Assembly (NCBI RefSeq): GCF_006345805.1
Contig: NC_043007.1
Location: 10,850,001-10,914,000, forward strand
Source: Octopus sinensis
Taxonomy: Eukaryota
DNA: 64,000 nucleotides
Direction: 5' to 3'
The notes beneath the pieces are model-generated. The model saw only the letters and a list, made by a program, of their open reading frames with translations, did not search any database and had not been told where the DNA came from. Position numbers and translations under genes: made by a program. Every line of letters begins with the position of its first letter. Position 1 is the first letter of the stretch. This document shows, in pieces, positions 13,054 to 25,918 of the stretch.

Positions 13054-13397
13054 AAAAAAATTTCATTGTTTCTCTCTGGTTATCGGTTGGCTTTCGAACT
13101 CTTTCAAAACCCACAAAATTACGCATTTCTGTCAAACCTTTAGAACGAACTTCCATTCTTACTCGAAAGTAATTCGTCAATGTCACTTGGCGGTGGGAAT
13201 GAGGCTGCATTGTTTCTATGTTTTCGGTTTAATCGGTCAATGTCCATGTCCGCTTACGAAATGCTGGCACGTGACAACAAGTGCAGCGCTTTTTGCGTTT
13301 TGCTGTTTACTGTTTCATGTTCGCCGAATCTAATATCTAATATCTAAGAGACAGATAGATAAATAGATTAAATGACAGACAGGCAGGCAGGCAGACG

Positions 13398-13446
<49 letters not shown>

Positions 13447-13472
13447 TTTATTTAAAGCAGCAGAAAATTCAC

Positions 13473-13519
13473 AAAATCTGTTACTCTGAGTTTCTCGTTG
13501 CCGTTCATCAGACAGTTTT
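13473..13519 (-). ncRNA. Type I hammerhead ribozyme motif (family A, mirror copy)
   Basis: Exact reverse complement of 13528-13574. Confidence 0.7.
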
Positions 13520-13527
13520 TGCTAGCA

Positions 13528-13574
13528 AAAACTGTCTGATGAACGGCAACGAGAAACTCAGAGTAACAGATTTT
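13528..13574 (+). ncRNA. Type I hammerhead ribozyme motif (family A)
   Basis: AAAA-CUGU CUGAUGA A-CG-GCAA-CG-A GAAA CUCAGAG UA|ACAG-A-UUUU; A.A mismatch at the base of stem II. Confidence 0.7.
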
Positions 13575-13693
13575 GTTGAATTTTCTGCTGCTTTAAATAA
13601 AGCATATTACTCTACCACTGGTATTTGAGTACTCTTTTTTCCACCTTGTTTCACATTTATGTGTTTACTCCGGTATATATATATATATATATA

Positions 13694-13879
13694 TAGGCGT
13701 AGGAGTGGCTGTGTGGTAAGTAGCTTGCTTACCAACCACATGGTTCCGGATTCAGTCCCAATGCGTAGTATCCTTGGGCAAGTGTCTTCTACTATAGCCT
13801 TGGACCGAACAAAGCCTTGTGAGTGGATTTGGTAGATGGAAACTGAAAGAAGCCCATCGTATTTATGTATATATATATC

Positions 13880-13926
<47 letters not shown>

Positions 13927-14144
13927 TGTCTGTATTTGTGTGTCTGTGTCTGTCCCCCCACCATCGCTTGACAACCGATGCTGTTGTGTCTACGTCCCCG
14001 TAACTTAGCGGTTCGGCAAAAGAAAGCGATAGAATAAGTTCTAGACTTACAAAGAATAAGTCCTGGGGTCGATTTGCTCGACTAAAGGCGGTGCTGCAGC
14101 ATGGCCACATTCAAATGACTGAAACAAGTAAAAGGGTAAAAGAG
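13694..14144 (+). mobile_element. SINE family A, full length
   Basis: TAGGCGTAGGAGTGGCTGTGTGG head through GTAAAAGAG tail. Confidence 0.92.
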
Positions 14145-14487
14145 TATATGCGTGTGTATGTATGTGTGTATGTATGTATGTTGTGTAGCACCTCGTGAGA
14201 GGCGTTATGGCAGAAATAAACACATGCGCTTGTTCACTTTCACTTCCTTATTATTCGTTATTTGGTTAGCTATGTAATGAAGTAACTGATAGGTTTATCA
14301 TTCGGCTAATCAATCAATCAGTCAATCAACAAGTCAATCAATCAATCAACCAATGAGTTATATTTGCCAAATCCCTTCCTCGTATTTCGTGGACCCTTGA
14401 ATGACATGCCCTCTCTACTCCATTTCAACATCTGGCCTTATGTGATCTTATTAAGAATCTGGCAATCGAAATATGTATGTACATATT

Positions 14488-14606
<119 letters not shown>

Positions 14607-14626
14607 ATGTATGTATGTATGTATGT

Positions 14627-15455
14627 CTCTGCTATTTTTTAATTATTATAAATCTTCCACTGAGGAGGGAGCCAGTTTCCAACAAAGATACAAGGCTCCA
14701 TCTTTGTGATGTAGTTAACACAGACAAATTCACGTTTGGAACTTGAGAAAAGTCTTGCATATTTTTACTGTTCCACTCACAGATTGGACTTGAAATTTAC
14801 GAATCAGACAATCAATTTCTCTTTCTGAAAATCCCAGTTTATCCAGTTTCTCCTTTAATAATTTTCTAACAAAACCTGTTTCTCCAATTATTATTGGTTT
14901 GAATATGAATTCATAGTCTGGATATAGAAGCTGGGGGTTTCGAAACAGTTGTCCATAGATATCCTCTTTTTCTTTGATTTTTCAAAGAGATATTTATATC
15001 TACAGGGTAGCTGACCTCTATGACGGTACATACCGTTGTCCCTCTGTCCCAAACAACAAAATCCTGCCTGTTATGTTTACATTTGACAGAAGTTTTGATG
15101 GGAATATTCCACCAGTATTCCTTGAGTTGGTATCTATGAATGTATTCCATAATAGAGGGATTTTCTAAGTTTATTTCAGGGCAGTCATTTTTACGGATGG
15201 CATTGTAAACTGTTTTAGCGACAACATCGTGCCGCATAGGAAGGTAGTACCATGACGACACTTTAGGAAAGCTGCTAATCACATGTATGATATCTTCCAC
15301 AGAAACATGACATAGCCTACACACGAGGTTGCACTTTGGGATAACAATGGCGTCACTGTCTCTCTTGTCCACCATTTACTTTGTGGCAATCTCCTGTTCC
15401 TGGATTGCAAGCGCACACCCTTCAAAATGTGATGTAATGTAGTGGTCTCGTGTCC

Positions 15456-15528
<73 letters not shown>

Positions 15529-16110
15529 GGATATATAGATAATTCTGTCTTCTTCAAGCTTCCGGACAACATACCTATGTATAGTCTTTTTTCTGTATGC
15601 TGAGTGCTTTCCATCCAGGTCTTCTCTGAAATAAGAAAACCCAGCAGTTTTGGGGCTGTATAGGAGATCATCAGGAAAGAGTGTTTCTTGAGGAGTTCAC
15701 TGCCAACTCGCATAATGTTGCTCACTTCATTTTTCAGTACTATATTTATTTTTGCTGCTGTTTTTTAGCAAGTTCCGCCTAAGCGATTCCATATGACATT
15801 CGAAGGCCGTCTGCACTGATCTCAGACATCTACCACCTTCATTTCTTCTTCGATAGAGCCTGTCAACATCACTGTTTCTGTGAAAGTTCTCAGTTGTTTC
15901 CAGGATTTTGCGGGTTTTGATATCTATGGATTAGATTTCCTCTACGGACCAGTCAAGTATCCCAAATGTTGGGATCAGCACTGGTACTGCAAATGCATTG
16001 TGCGATATTGTTTTGTTGTAAGAACCTGTAAGGCGCATTTTTATTGGTCGATGTCAGCTATGTGCTGGAAAACATTGCAAACCAAATAAAAAAGTCTTAG
16101 ATTGCTGAGA
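14627..16110 (-). mobile_element. R4/Dong-like (RLE) non-LTR retrotransposon, 3' 1.5 kb, degenerate
   Basis: Minus-strand frames give DRLYRRRNEGGRCL, HFEG..AIQEQEIATK, zinc knuckle CRLC..EDIIHVIS, RHD, and endonuclease-like KHNRQDFVVWD..VIEVSYPVD..K. Stop at 14730-32, (CATA)n at the 3' junction, (GATA)n expansion inside at ~15457-15535. Confidence 0.85.
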
Positions 16111-17469
16111 TGTAAGGGAAGCTGCCTAGATCAACTCTGTATTCATTACGGTGGATTGCTTTGTATAAATTGTCATATTTATCTAATTAGGTCTGAGTTT
16201 TTCTACAAGAGAGAATCCTGCGATGACGGCAGCTGGAGAATATCAAGGACCTTCTGTTAATTCGATGCTTGTTGCTTCAATGACTGGACTTTTTCATTTA
16301 CGAGAATCCTGCAAGCTATTTAAATTTATGTTAGCTCTTTTAAAAATGATATTGAAGGATGGTCGGATGCTTGGTCTCTGAAACTCTAGTTAATTTTGGT
16401 CAGGATTTTTCCTGTTATTGGACATAACTTGCTGAATTTCTTTGAAAATGTTCATAAGTTTCAAATAATTGTTTCTGCTGCCGTCGAGGTATGTTTAGAC
16501 ACTCAGTATACAATTTCTTTTGGACAGACAGAATACCTTTAAGGGACAGGCAGATGTGCATTAGACCATTCCGTTTTAACCGAAAACCGAATTTTCCAAG
16601 AACCATACAACAGATACAACGATATTTTTGGTATCATAATTTTTTAATGTTCCACTATTTCATGGAATCTCATTTGAAAATGTTCTCTTCTACATACTTA
16701 TTTGATAGTCAAGGGATTTTCAGAACTATATCTGTATGTATCTAAAATATTATGAAAATTTTAAAAAAGTTAACAATCAGTAGAAGAAATAAAACAAAAT
16801 TTGATACCTTTACGAACAACCATGAGACAAAAGAATCTTACTGATTGACATTTTAATCCTAAAAGACCAAAATACATCGCTAATCTTAACAGAATTTAGA
16901 ATTTGAAAAAAATATAAGGATAAATTAAACAGAACAATTCCTTCAAGATTTATGTAATTACAATGAAGTTACTTCAATAGAGAAAAAAAGAATATGAAAT
17001 TATATGTAAGTTCACCACACCTATGTGTCTGTATTCATGGTGGTTCGTTTGTCTTTTCTCTTGAGCGAGAATTACAAAAGTTTAGATAAATCTTGAACTT
17101 TCCAATTCCACCTACCATTGTTGCAGAGATGTCGACTTTGGTTATTTTTAAAATGAGATTCCAAGAAATATATGTAAAGAAAATAAAGAGTTTTGTAAAG
17201 AAAAAAAGACTCGATGATTGACACACAGACAGACATGCGGGGGTGGGTTGAAATTAGAAATAGAATGGTACATTGAGTGATATTATCTTCAGAATGATTG
17301 AAGGGGGAATATTTCTAAAACTAAACGCAGAGAGAGAAGAGAATGAGAGAGAGAGGGAGAGAGAGGGAGAGAGAGGGAGAGAGAGAGAGAGGGAGGGGGA
17401 AATGAGTTCTTTAATGCTGTGAGTGCTGTGAGAAAGCAGAGATAACGGTAGGATCATTATCACCCCCGA

Positions 17470-18180
17470 TCTCACCACCACCACCACCACCAACGCCACC
17501 ACCACCACCACCACCACCACCACCGCCAACAACAACAACAACAGCAATAGCAACAACAACACTGCTACTAACACTAAAACTGCCAATAAGACCACAGAGA
17601 CTAGAAGCAACACTACCATCCCCATTACTAACACCACCACCAACAACAACAAGAATAACAGCACCAGTACTATAACCAACACTACCACCGCCAATAACAC
17701 CACAAACACTACAACCAATACTGCCTTCACCACCTTCACCACCACTAATACCTATTTCTTTATTACCCACAAGGGGCTAAACATAGAGGAGACAAACAAG
17801 GACAGACACCACCACTAATACCATCACCACAACCGCCACGACCATACTACCATTACTACTGTTACCATCACCCACACAACCATGACTACCACCACCACTA
17901 CGACCATCACCGCCAACAAAGTCACCATTGACACGTCCAACACCATCATCATTAGCAGCATCGGAGCCACTATCAGCATCACTACCACAATCACCACCAC
18001 CACCACCACCACCACCACCACCCACTCCACCATCACCAACACCATTAACAGCAGCATCAACAAGAACACCATGGTCAATAACAAATATAGCAAAAGTGCA
18101 GCGACATCATCATCATCATCATCACTAACATCACTGACAAGTAATAACTAAAGGATCATCGACGACCATCCACAGTTGTA

Positions 18181-18229
<49 letters not shown>

Positions 18230-18292
18230 CACCACCACACCACCACTACTTCTACTGTTGCTGCAGCTACTACTACTACTGCTGCGGCTGCA

Positions 18293-18325
<33 letters not shown>

Positions 18326-18380
18326 GCTGCTACTATTACTGTTCCTGTTGCTACTGTTGCTGCTGCTACTACTACTACTG

Positions 18381-18423
<43 letters not shown>

Positions 18424-18560
18424 CATCGCCACTGCCATCATCACTACCATTTTCCCCATCCCCATCACCACCACCGATATCATCTCGCACTGTCACCTCC
18501 ACCATAACCTATTCCCTCCACCCACACCACAAGCACCACAACAACAACAGCAACAACCAT
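17470..18560. repeat. Compound trinucleotide microsatellites (ACC/ACT/CAT)
   Basis: Direct reading of the sequence. Confidence 0.9.
17753..17806 (-). mobile_element. 54-bp 3' tail of SINE family B with 16-bp TSD
   Basis: CACCACCACTAATACC duplicated at 17737-17752 and 17807-17822. Confidence 0.85.
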
Positions 18561-18906
18561 TCCCGCCACCGCCATCACCACTTGTACGACTGATACTAGC
18601 ATTTGAAATGTCGTTGTTACTGCTGTTTAACCCCAGGCCAGCGCGAAAAGACCAGACCTATAATGAAAGACTTTCCATTTACGAATATCCCTCCTTATTT
18701 TCAGATACAATGCATCATCTGCCATATATCAACACGTTTATAAGTAGCAACTAAAGAAGATTAAATAAACCATATCGTATTACTGGTACCACGAAGCAAA
18801 TTCACCTCTGGTTTCTTTCATTCTTTCTTTCTTTCTTCTTATCCTATGACAAAGGCCATTATCCGAAATGATATATTCTACATTCATCGTGGCAAACAAA
18901 TTTTTC

Positions 18907-19063
18907 GGAGTAGCTGTGTGGTAAGAAGCTTGCTTCTCGACCACATGGTTCCAGGCTCAGTCCCACTGCGTGGCATCTTGGGTAAATGTCCTCAACTATA
19001 ACCTCGGGGCGACCAAAGCTTTGTGAGTGGATTTGATTGACGGAAACAGAAAGAATCCCGGAG

Positions 19064-19066
<3 letters not shown>
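18907..19066 (+). mobile_element. SINE family A, 5' half
   Basis: Homology to other family A copies. Confidence 0.8.
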
Positions 19067-19129
<63 letters not shown>

Positions 19130-19553
19130 TACTGTTTATATGTTTGTACTGTCGTTACCGTCTTGCTTTTTTTTTTACCCCTCTGCGAAAAGATCTCAGA
19201 ATTTTAATTGATTTGCTTTTCGCAGGGAAGGAATTTTTCTTCGAAGTATACGTCTCGCTTTTATCCTTCGAAACGTTTAGTAGATGAAATCTTAGCGACT
19301 GAAGAAGGGGATTTTTCGTTGTGCTTATTGTCTGTATCTCTCCTTTTTTTTTTGCTTGTCTTGTTCCTTGGTTTGTGTCTAGTGTTTCGTCTCTCTATGT
19401 GTTCGACGTCTTTTTGGTGTCCTGTACACATATATGCGTGTATATGTATATGTAGAGGTAGGTACGTACATATATGTTATATATATGCATATATTCTATT
19501 TTATTAACATATATATAATATATAATATTATTAATATATACATATACATATAT

Positions 19554-19615
<62 letters not shown>

Positions 19616-19619
<4 letters not shown>

Positions 19620-19840
19620 AGCGGGTTACACGGAGTAAGCACATAAATGTGAAACAAGGGAAAAAAAGAGTACTCAAATACCAGAGGTAGAGTAATATGC
19701 TTTATTTAAAAGCAGCAGAAATAAACAAAAGCTGGTACTCAGAATTTCACGTTCCCGTTCGTCAGACAGTTTTGAACGGGAACGTGAAACTCTGAGTAAC
19801 ATCTTTGTGTATATTTCTGCTGCTATTAAATAAAGCATAT
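19616..19840 (-). mobile_element. HHR family A element with inverted partial copy
   Basis: Homologous to 13446-13673; imperfect palindrome 19695-19840; (TA)n flanks. Confidence 0.8.
19727..19773 (-). ncRNA. Type I hammerhead motif (family A)
   Basis: CUGACGA ACG-GGAA-CGU GAAA UUCUGAG UA|CCAG; first stem I pair is mismatched. Confidence 0.6.
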
Positions 19841-19869
19841 ATATATACATATATATATATATATAATAT

Positions 19870-19949
<80 letters not shown>

Positions 19950-19952
<3 letters not shown>

Positions 19953-20165
19953 GTATGTATGTATTTGTGTGTCAGTTTGTCCCTCCATTATCGCTTGACA
20001 ACTGATGTTGGTGTGTTTGCATACCTCTGACCTAGCGTTCGGCAAAAAGACCAATAGAATAAGTACTAGGCTTATCAAGAATAAATCCTGGGAACCATTT
20101 GTTCAACTAAAGGCGGTGCTGCAGCTTGGCTGCAGTCAAATGACTGAAACAAGTAAAAGATTAAA
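19950..20165 (+). mobile_element. SINE family A, 3' half
   Basis: Homology to other family A copies. Confidence 0.8.
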
Positions 20166-21374
20166 AAAAAACTCACGCCATTACACCTTTCTCTTTCGTT
20201 CTTTCTCATCCTTTCATAAAAGGCTATTATCCCTCACGTTATATTCTAATGTTGGGTATTTTTGGCTGGCTATGTCATTAGATGACATCCGCGAATATTT
20301 AACAAAAGTATTTATTGCCACACATAAAGACAAACTGCGTTGGCCTTTTGCATTTAACAATAGCAACAATTATAGAATGGAAGAAAAAAGAAAAACCACG
20401 ATGCATTCGAAGTTACTTGTGTGAATGCTTAGTTCAGACAGTTCAAGAATTTGGAGATGTCAGCGTAAATATTTGGAACCGTCACATGTGCCAAGAGCGG
20501 AGGTTCACATTGCTCAGCTGCCTCAACATTCTGCAATGGGTTTAGCGCCTAAGCGGCTTTCTGATATGGTACAAGAAGATCCTAGAAGACTTAATCATGA
20601 GACAGCTTCTCGCTGATTCGGCTGCTTATTAGTCCGATCACGTGAAACAGTTGTGGTGTGCTTGTGGTGTCTTCCACGAACACTTTTCTGGTCTTATTGC
20701 TTGTCTATTCACACCGTTACCAATTTATTGACACTATAACAATTATTCACACGATTTCTGAAAGGGACTAAAAGCTAAGTCAAACACACTGGGATCTGAT
20801 CTACGATCCAAGCACATATACAATACAGAGATATAATGAAATATACTGGGTTCACATAAGTTATTTGCACGAGAATTTATCAACAACTGATGGCGTAATT
20901 GATCCAGGAAAGTGTTGCATTAGAAACTTGTACTCGCCGTGTTTAAGATAAATGTATATTTGACTGATACTTATCGCTATTTAAACAGCTTGCCCCTTTG
21001 GCATGCTAACACACCGATGCGTTGCGCGTTTTGTTCTTTTGTTATTCTTCTTCTTCTTCTTGTCGAAATTTTTGGCGAAGCTTCCTTTACGCTTTTATCT
21101 TATTCCTTGGCACGACTTACGTACATCTACAAATGTTCTTATCTTAATCTTACCTGCCTTCGCTCACTCAGTCACCGCCCGCGCACACACGCACACACAC
21201 GCACACACACACATAAATACAGAGGCAACCTACCGAGATGTTTTATTCACAAACGCAAGGCACTCAAGCATACACACGCACTCATCTCATATATACACGA
21301 CATGCGTATGTACGATGGCTCATATATATATATATATATGTATGTATATGTATATACGTATAAATGTATATATA

Positions 21375-21416
<42 letters not shown>

Positions 21417-21958
21417 CTCACGCATATGTACATACACCTACACACATGTATGGCTGTATGCTTGCGTAACTATATATCCGCTGACTCTGTATATATATGA
21501 CCATGTGTGTGTGTGAGTATATGCATGTGTGCATGTGCGCGCATGCGTGTGTGCGTGCGTGCATGCATGTATGAAGAATTGTATCTATGTTTTAGGTAAG
21601 AAAAATATTTTGCGATCGCTATAAATTTTTTGTGTTAAAGGTGGCGGCATATCTTCCAAAATACCGTGAACTAAGAGTGAAAGCGTACATGTCAAATGGA
21701 AATCACAATGGTTTGCCATTATTTTTTCCTCTTTCTCTTTATCCAGTATCACATCGAGTTACAAAACATACCCGCGAACTGTTGCCAAACCAATTCGCTA
21801 CCGAAATCATGCCGTACAGGCCAGGCCAGGACACATTACCAGTCTCTCAGCCAAATTTATTTCGAAAGCCTTGTTAAAATCCTTCGTAGATTCATCAGCG
21901 AAACCGTTGTTTCCAATACGACTCTTTCAAAGAATTATGAACTTAGCAGTGACATGTA

Positions 21959-22481
21959 TCGTAAATCCTCGAATATATTCCGCCCTTGAGTATAATACGC
22001 AGGGGATTTTTAGGGGGCTGTACCTCTGAAAAACCTAAACCTTGTGTATAATACGCACCACCTCTCTAACTTGAGCAGTGCGTACTTAAGCCAGCAGCAC
22101 CTAGTCGAACAAACACTTCCGCGCATGCGTAATACAATAATGGTGATGTTCTTAACTGTTATATGGGAATGTAAATATGTTTGCAAATTGTTTTTGTTAT
22201 ATGTTATTCTGTGTTCTGAATGCATTTATTTTAATAAATGTTGCTTACTGCAAGTTAGGGATGATTCTTTTATGACTTCATTGCTTTCAGGCTTAGCTTA
22301 AGGTATTTTAGCGCCTGACGTCACAAAATGTGTCTGAATAAACATTGCCGGACAGCAAATACAAACTCGGACATAGCTTAGAAAATATTTTTTCATTTTT
22401 AACCTCGTATATAGTACGCACTAGGTATTTTTACCTTTAAATTTTTTGGGGAAAATGCGGATTATACTCTAGGATTTACGG
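21959..22481. mobile_element. pogo/Tigger-like MITE
   Basis: TIRs (T/C)CGTAAATCCT.GA.TATA with TA flanks (21957-58, 22482-83). Confidence 0.7.
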
Positions 22482-23477
22482 TACTTTGAACTTGAGCTAG
22501 GTACTTTCCTCACTCTTCGCCGTTGTAGCACTTAAGTAGATCTCAATCTCCAAGATGAGACTATCAGCGAAAGTAATAGAGATGAGTACGTTTTAAATCA
22601 CTGAGTGACTCGATGCTCTCGAAAAGCAAGTCATTTCGTCGGGGTTTTGCCATTGCTGGGATCTACTCTGCAGGTTTCAACGAATATCAATATTCCTGCA
22701 GACGTTAGTGATTGGTTGATTATATTGTTTATTATCCTGGGTATGACTTTAAGTTGCATCCGATAGGTGGGAGTACTTGTTCGGGGGTTCCCGAACATTG
22801 TTTATATATAAAAAAAACGATCTTATCGCTTACGTATAATTTAACATACGGCACCCGACTGAGCCATGCGGAGAATCAAGTCACCACAGAAGGCACTCTA
22901 ACAGTGCCTTCTGCTGGGTACCGATCCTAAATACCGGGAATCATTTGAATCAAACCCCTTTCTGTGGCTATAAGCTGTTGGCCAACCGTACAAGATCTTG
23001 ATTTCATGCATCTACAAGTATATACAGCGCAAGTCTTTTAATATCTCCCCCATCACTGTTTCGTTGCTTCTTTCTCCGCGCCAGTATAATTTCACTCTCA
23101 AACGTGTTGCCTATTTTTCTAAAACGGCAGCTGACAGTCAACAGATGCTATTGGTATACAGAATGAAGAGCGAACATGGCTCTTGGCAGTCTGTTATGCT
23201 ATTGACCAAAATATTTGCAGCAATAGTCTTTGAAATACTGACCAACCACTTGATCACTTCCAATCAGGTGAACATAATAAACAGACATACTTGTCAGGAA
23301 ATGTGATAGACAAATGGTTGTGATTACTAAATCTTTATCTGGTGAATTTTGTACCACTTCACAAGGATTAGGGATTAGTGACATCAGAGTAGGATTGAGA
23401 CAGAACCAAAGACATAAGACGATCCGGAGAAAGAAGTATTATGACATATGTTGTAGGCTGAAGAGGAGAAGAGAGAG

Positions 23478-23479
23478 AT

Positions 23480-23525
<46 letters not shown>

Positions 23526-23621
23526 GGATGGATGAATGGATGGATAGATGGATGGATGGATAGACAGATAGATAGATAGATAGATAGGTAGATAGATAGA
23601 TAGATAGAAGGATAGATAGAC

Positions 23622-23652
<31 letters not shown>

Positions 23653-23665
23653 AGGATAGATAGAC

Positions 23666-23696
<31 letters not shown>

Positions 23697-23745
23697 AAGA
23701 AAGAAAGAAAGATAGATAGACAGATAGATAGATAGATAGATAGAC

Positions 23746-23795
<50 letters not shown>
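23478..23795. repeat. (GATA)n microsatellite
   Basis: Direct reading of the sequence. Confidence 0.95.
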
Positions 23796-23826
23796 GTCTA
23801 CAGAGTAAGCGACGAAGAAATAAAGG

Positions 23827-23864
<38 letters not shown>

Positions 23865-24239
23865 GAGAGAGAGTTGCAACCTCAGTGAAACGTGTTGAAA
23901 AATGACTGCTGGTGATTTTCATCACCTATAGCTGAAAGCAGGAACTGTTCTCAATGGCTAAGAGCAGTTAATATGGCCTTTGCACAGGTCAAATATGTCC
24001 CAAACATATTTGTTTAAGTGATCTAAAAATGTTTGTTTAGTTGCAAAACTGCATTCAGGTGTCAGCTTCTGTAATTTGTTCTAGCCTAAACCGGCGTCGC
24101 ACGTAATAAGTTCGTGTTTCGATACTAATTTTCTCTAAGGGAAACAAAGGGTACTAAAGTCATTTCAGGGTTGTCTCTCCTTGCGGTACAACATTGTTGA
24201 TGATAGCTGAGAAGCTAGAAAATTCATTAATCAATTATT

Positions 24240-25150
24240 CTTTATTTATTTTAATTTAATTTTTATTTTTGGCTCAAAAAGCAAAAGCAAGGCCATGTAG
24301 GGGGACATGGAGTTGTGTACAGGGAGGGTGGTCATACAAAGTGTTCAGGCCATTTCTGGTCAAGAGAGACTTTGAACCGAGCGGTCGTCGGCATCTTCAC
24401 TATCTCGTCCGGCAGCTTATTCCACGGATCCGCAACCCGGACGGAGAAAGCCCCTCTCCTTCGATTGAGATGAAATCGTCGTAGATAGAACTTTTCGGAG
24501 TGACCCCGCAGCCGACGCTCTGGAGCAGGAGTGAAGAACAGCTCTTTCGAGAGTTTACACTTTCCGCTTATGATGTTGTGAGCGAGAATGAGATCACCAC
24601 GGCATCGTCGTTTTTCGAGAGAATAAAGGTCGAGCGTCTTCAGCCTTCTTCATAAGACAAATGCTTGAGACCAAGAACCATGCGGGTAGCCAGCTTCTGG
24701 ACTCTTTCGAGATGATGTACGTCTTTGAGGAGATAAGAAGAGGCTTGAATCCCGTACTCCAATATGGGTTTCACCAGCGTGACATAGAGCGGTAGGAATA
24801 TGGCTACTGTGAGCATTCCGAATGACCGTCGAATCAAAAACAGAACTCCGCGTGCTTTGTTGGCAGCATGGACGCATTGGGCCGAAGGCGAAAAGGAAGA
24901 ATCCACCGAGATACCCAGGTCCTTTACCTGGTCGGTCTTCTCCAGCAGCAGACTTGAAATGAATTTGAGTTGTAGAAGAGCCAACAGGCAGATGACAGCA
25001 CTTTGACACGTTCAGACACAGTCCCATTCGTTAGACCATCTCCAAACTTGGTGGAGGCATCGACGAAGATCATGTATATCACCGCCGGGAGCGACCAATT
25101 TGACATCATCGGCAAATAGAAGGGTGTGTTGCGTGAGGTCGTCGGGCAAG
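24240..25150 (-). mobile_element. CR1-clade LINE 3' fragment
   Basis: LLFADDVKL, LNVSKC and LY.TLVKPILEYGIQA..LERVQKLATRMV..LSYEE.L..LDLYSLEKRR.RGDLI across frameshifts; A-rich tail at ~24240. Confidence 0.88.
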
Positions 25151-25514
25151 TCATGTTAAAGTTCACCTTCAAATGACTGCTAATGTTTTTCAACACCTAA
25201 AGTAAGAAATTGCCTAAAATAAGAAATTCTCAACGGCAAACAAACACCTGTGAATACAACCTTTGCACATGTCGAATGCGTCGTAAGCAATATTTGAACT
25301 CATGTTTCTTTCTTCGCAACATTACTTTCGCGCGCCTACTACAATATCAATTATTTTGTTATTCTAACGAACGTCTGCTGGGTGTTCCACCCATCCTCAT
25401 TGGTGAAGCCCAGTTGATCCAATTCAGTTTAGCCTGAAATTTACGTTTGGCGTTATTTATTGCAATTCGGGTGCCAACCGCCTGAAGGTTCTTTCATTTT
25501 TTTCTTTTTTTTTA

Positions 25515-25918
25515 TTCTTTTACTTGTTTCCGGTCATTTGACTGTGGCCATGCTGGAGCACCGCCTTTAGTCGAGCAAATCGACCCCAGAGCTAATTCTT
25601 TGTAAGCCTAGTACTTAGTCTATCGGTCTCTTTTTTGCCGAGCCGCTAGGTTACGGGGACGTAAACACACCACCATCGGTTGTCAAGCGATGTTGGAGGG
25701 ACAAACACAGACACACAAACATATATACACACATACACATATACACATATATACGACGGGCTTCTGTTAGTTTCCGTCTATCTAATCCACTCACAAGGCT
25801 TTGGTCGACCCGAGGCCATAGTAGAAAACACTTGCCCAAGGTGCCACACAGTGGGACTGAACCCGGAACCATGTGGTTGGTAAGCAACCTACTTACCGCA
25901 CAGACACTCCTGCGCCTA
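25515..25918 (-). mobile_element. SINE family A, full length
   Basis: Homology to other copies, with head and tail. Confidence 0.9.

Larger units (their letters stand above)
13446..13673 (+). mobile_element. HHR family A element with inverted 5' duplication (157-bp palindrome 13446-13602)
   Basis: Near-perfect palindrome centred on GCTAGC (13521-13526) with one indel; body continues to 13673; (TA)n on both sides. Confidence 0.85.

Noticed and set aside
16200-16700. Possible exon (GAG|GTATGT at ~16488) or EnSpm-like transposase remnant
   Set aside because: Multiple stops and only vague similarity; neither reading can be supported.
19200-19330. CTGAAGAAGG and CGAAACG fragments
   Set aside because: The motifs are out of order or unpaired, so no complete fold can be built.
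20420-20620. RTE-like C-terminal fragment (..KRLSDMVQEDPRRL)
   Set aside because: Too degenerate to list as a supported feature.
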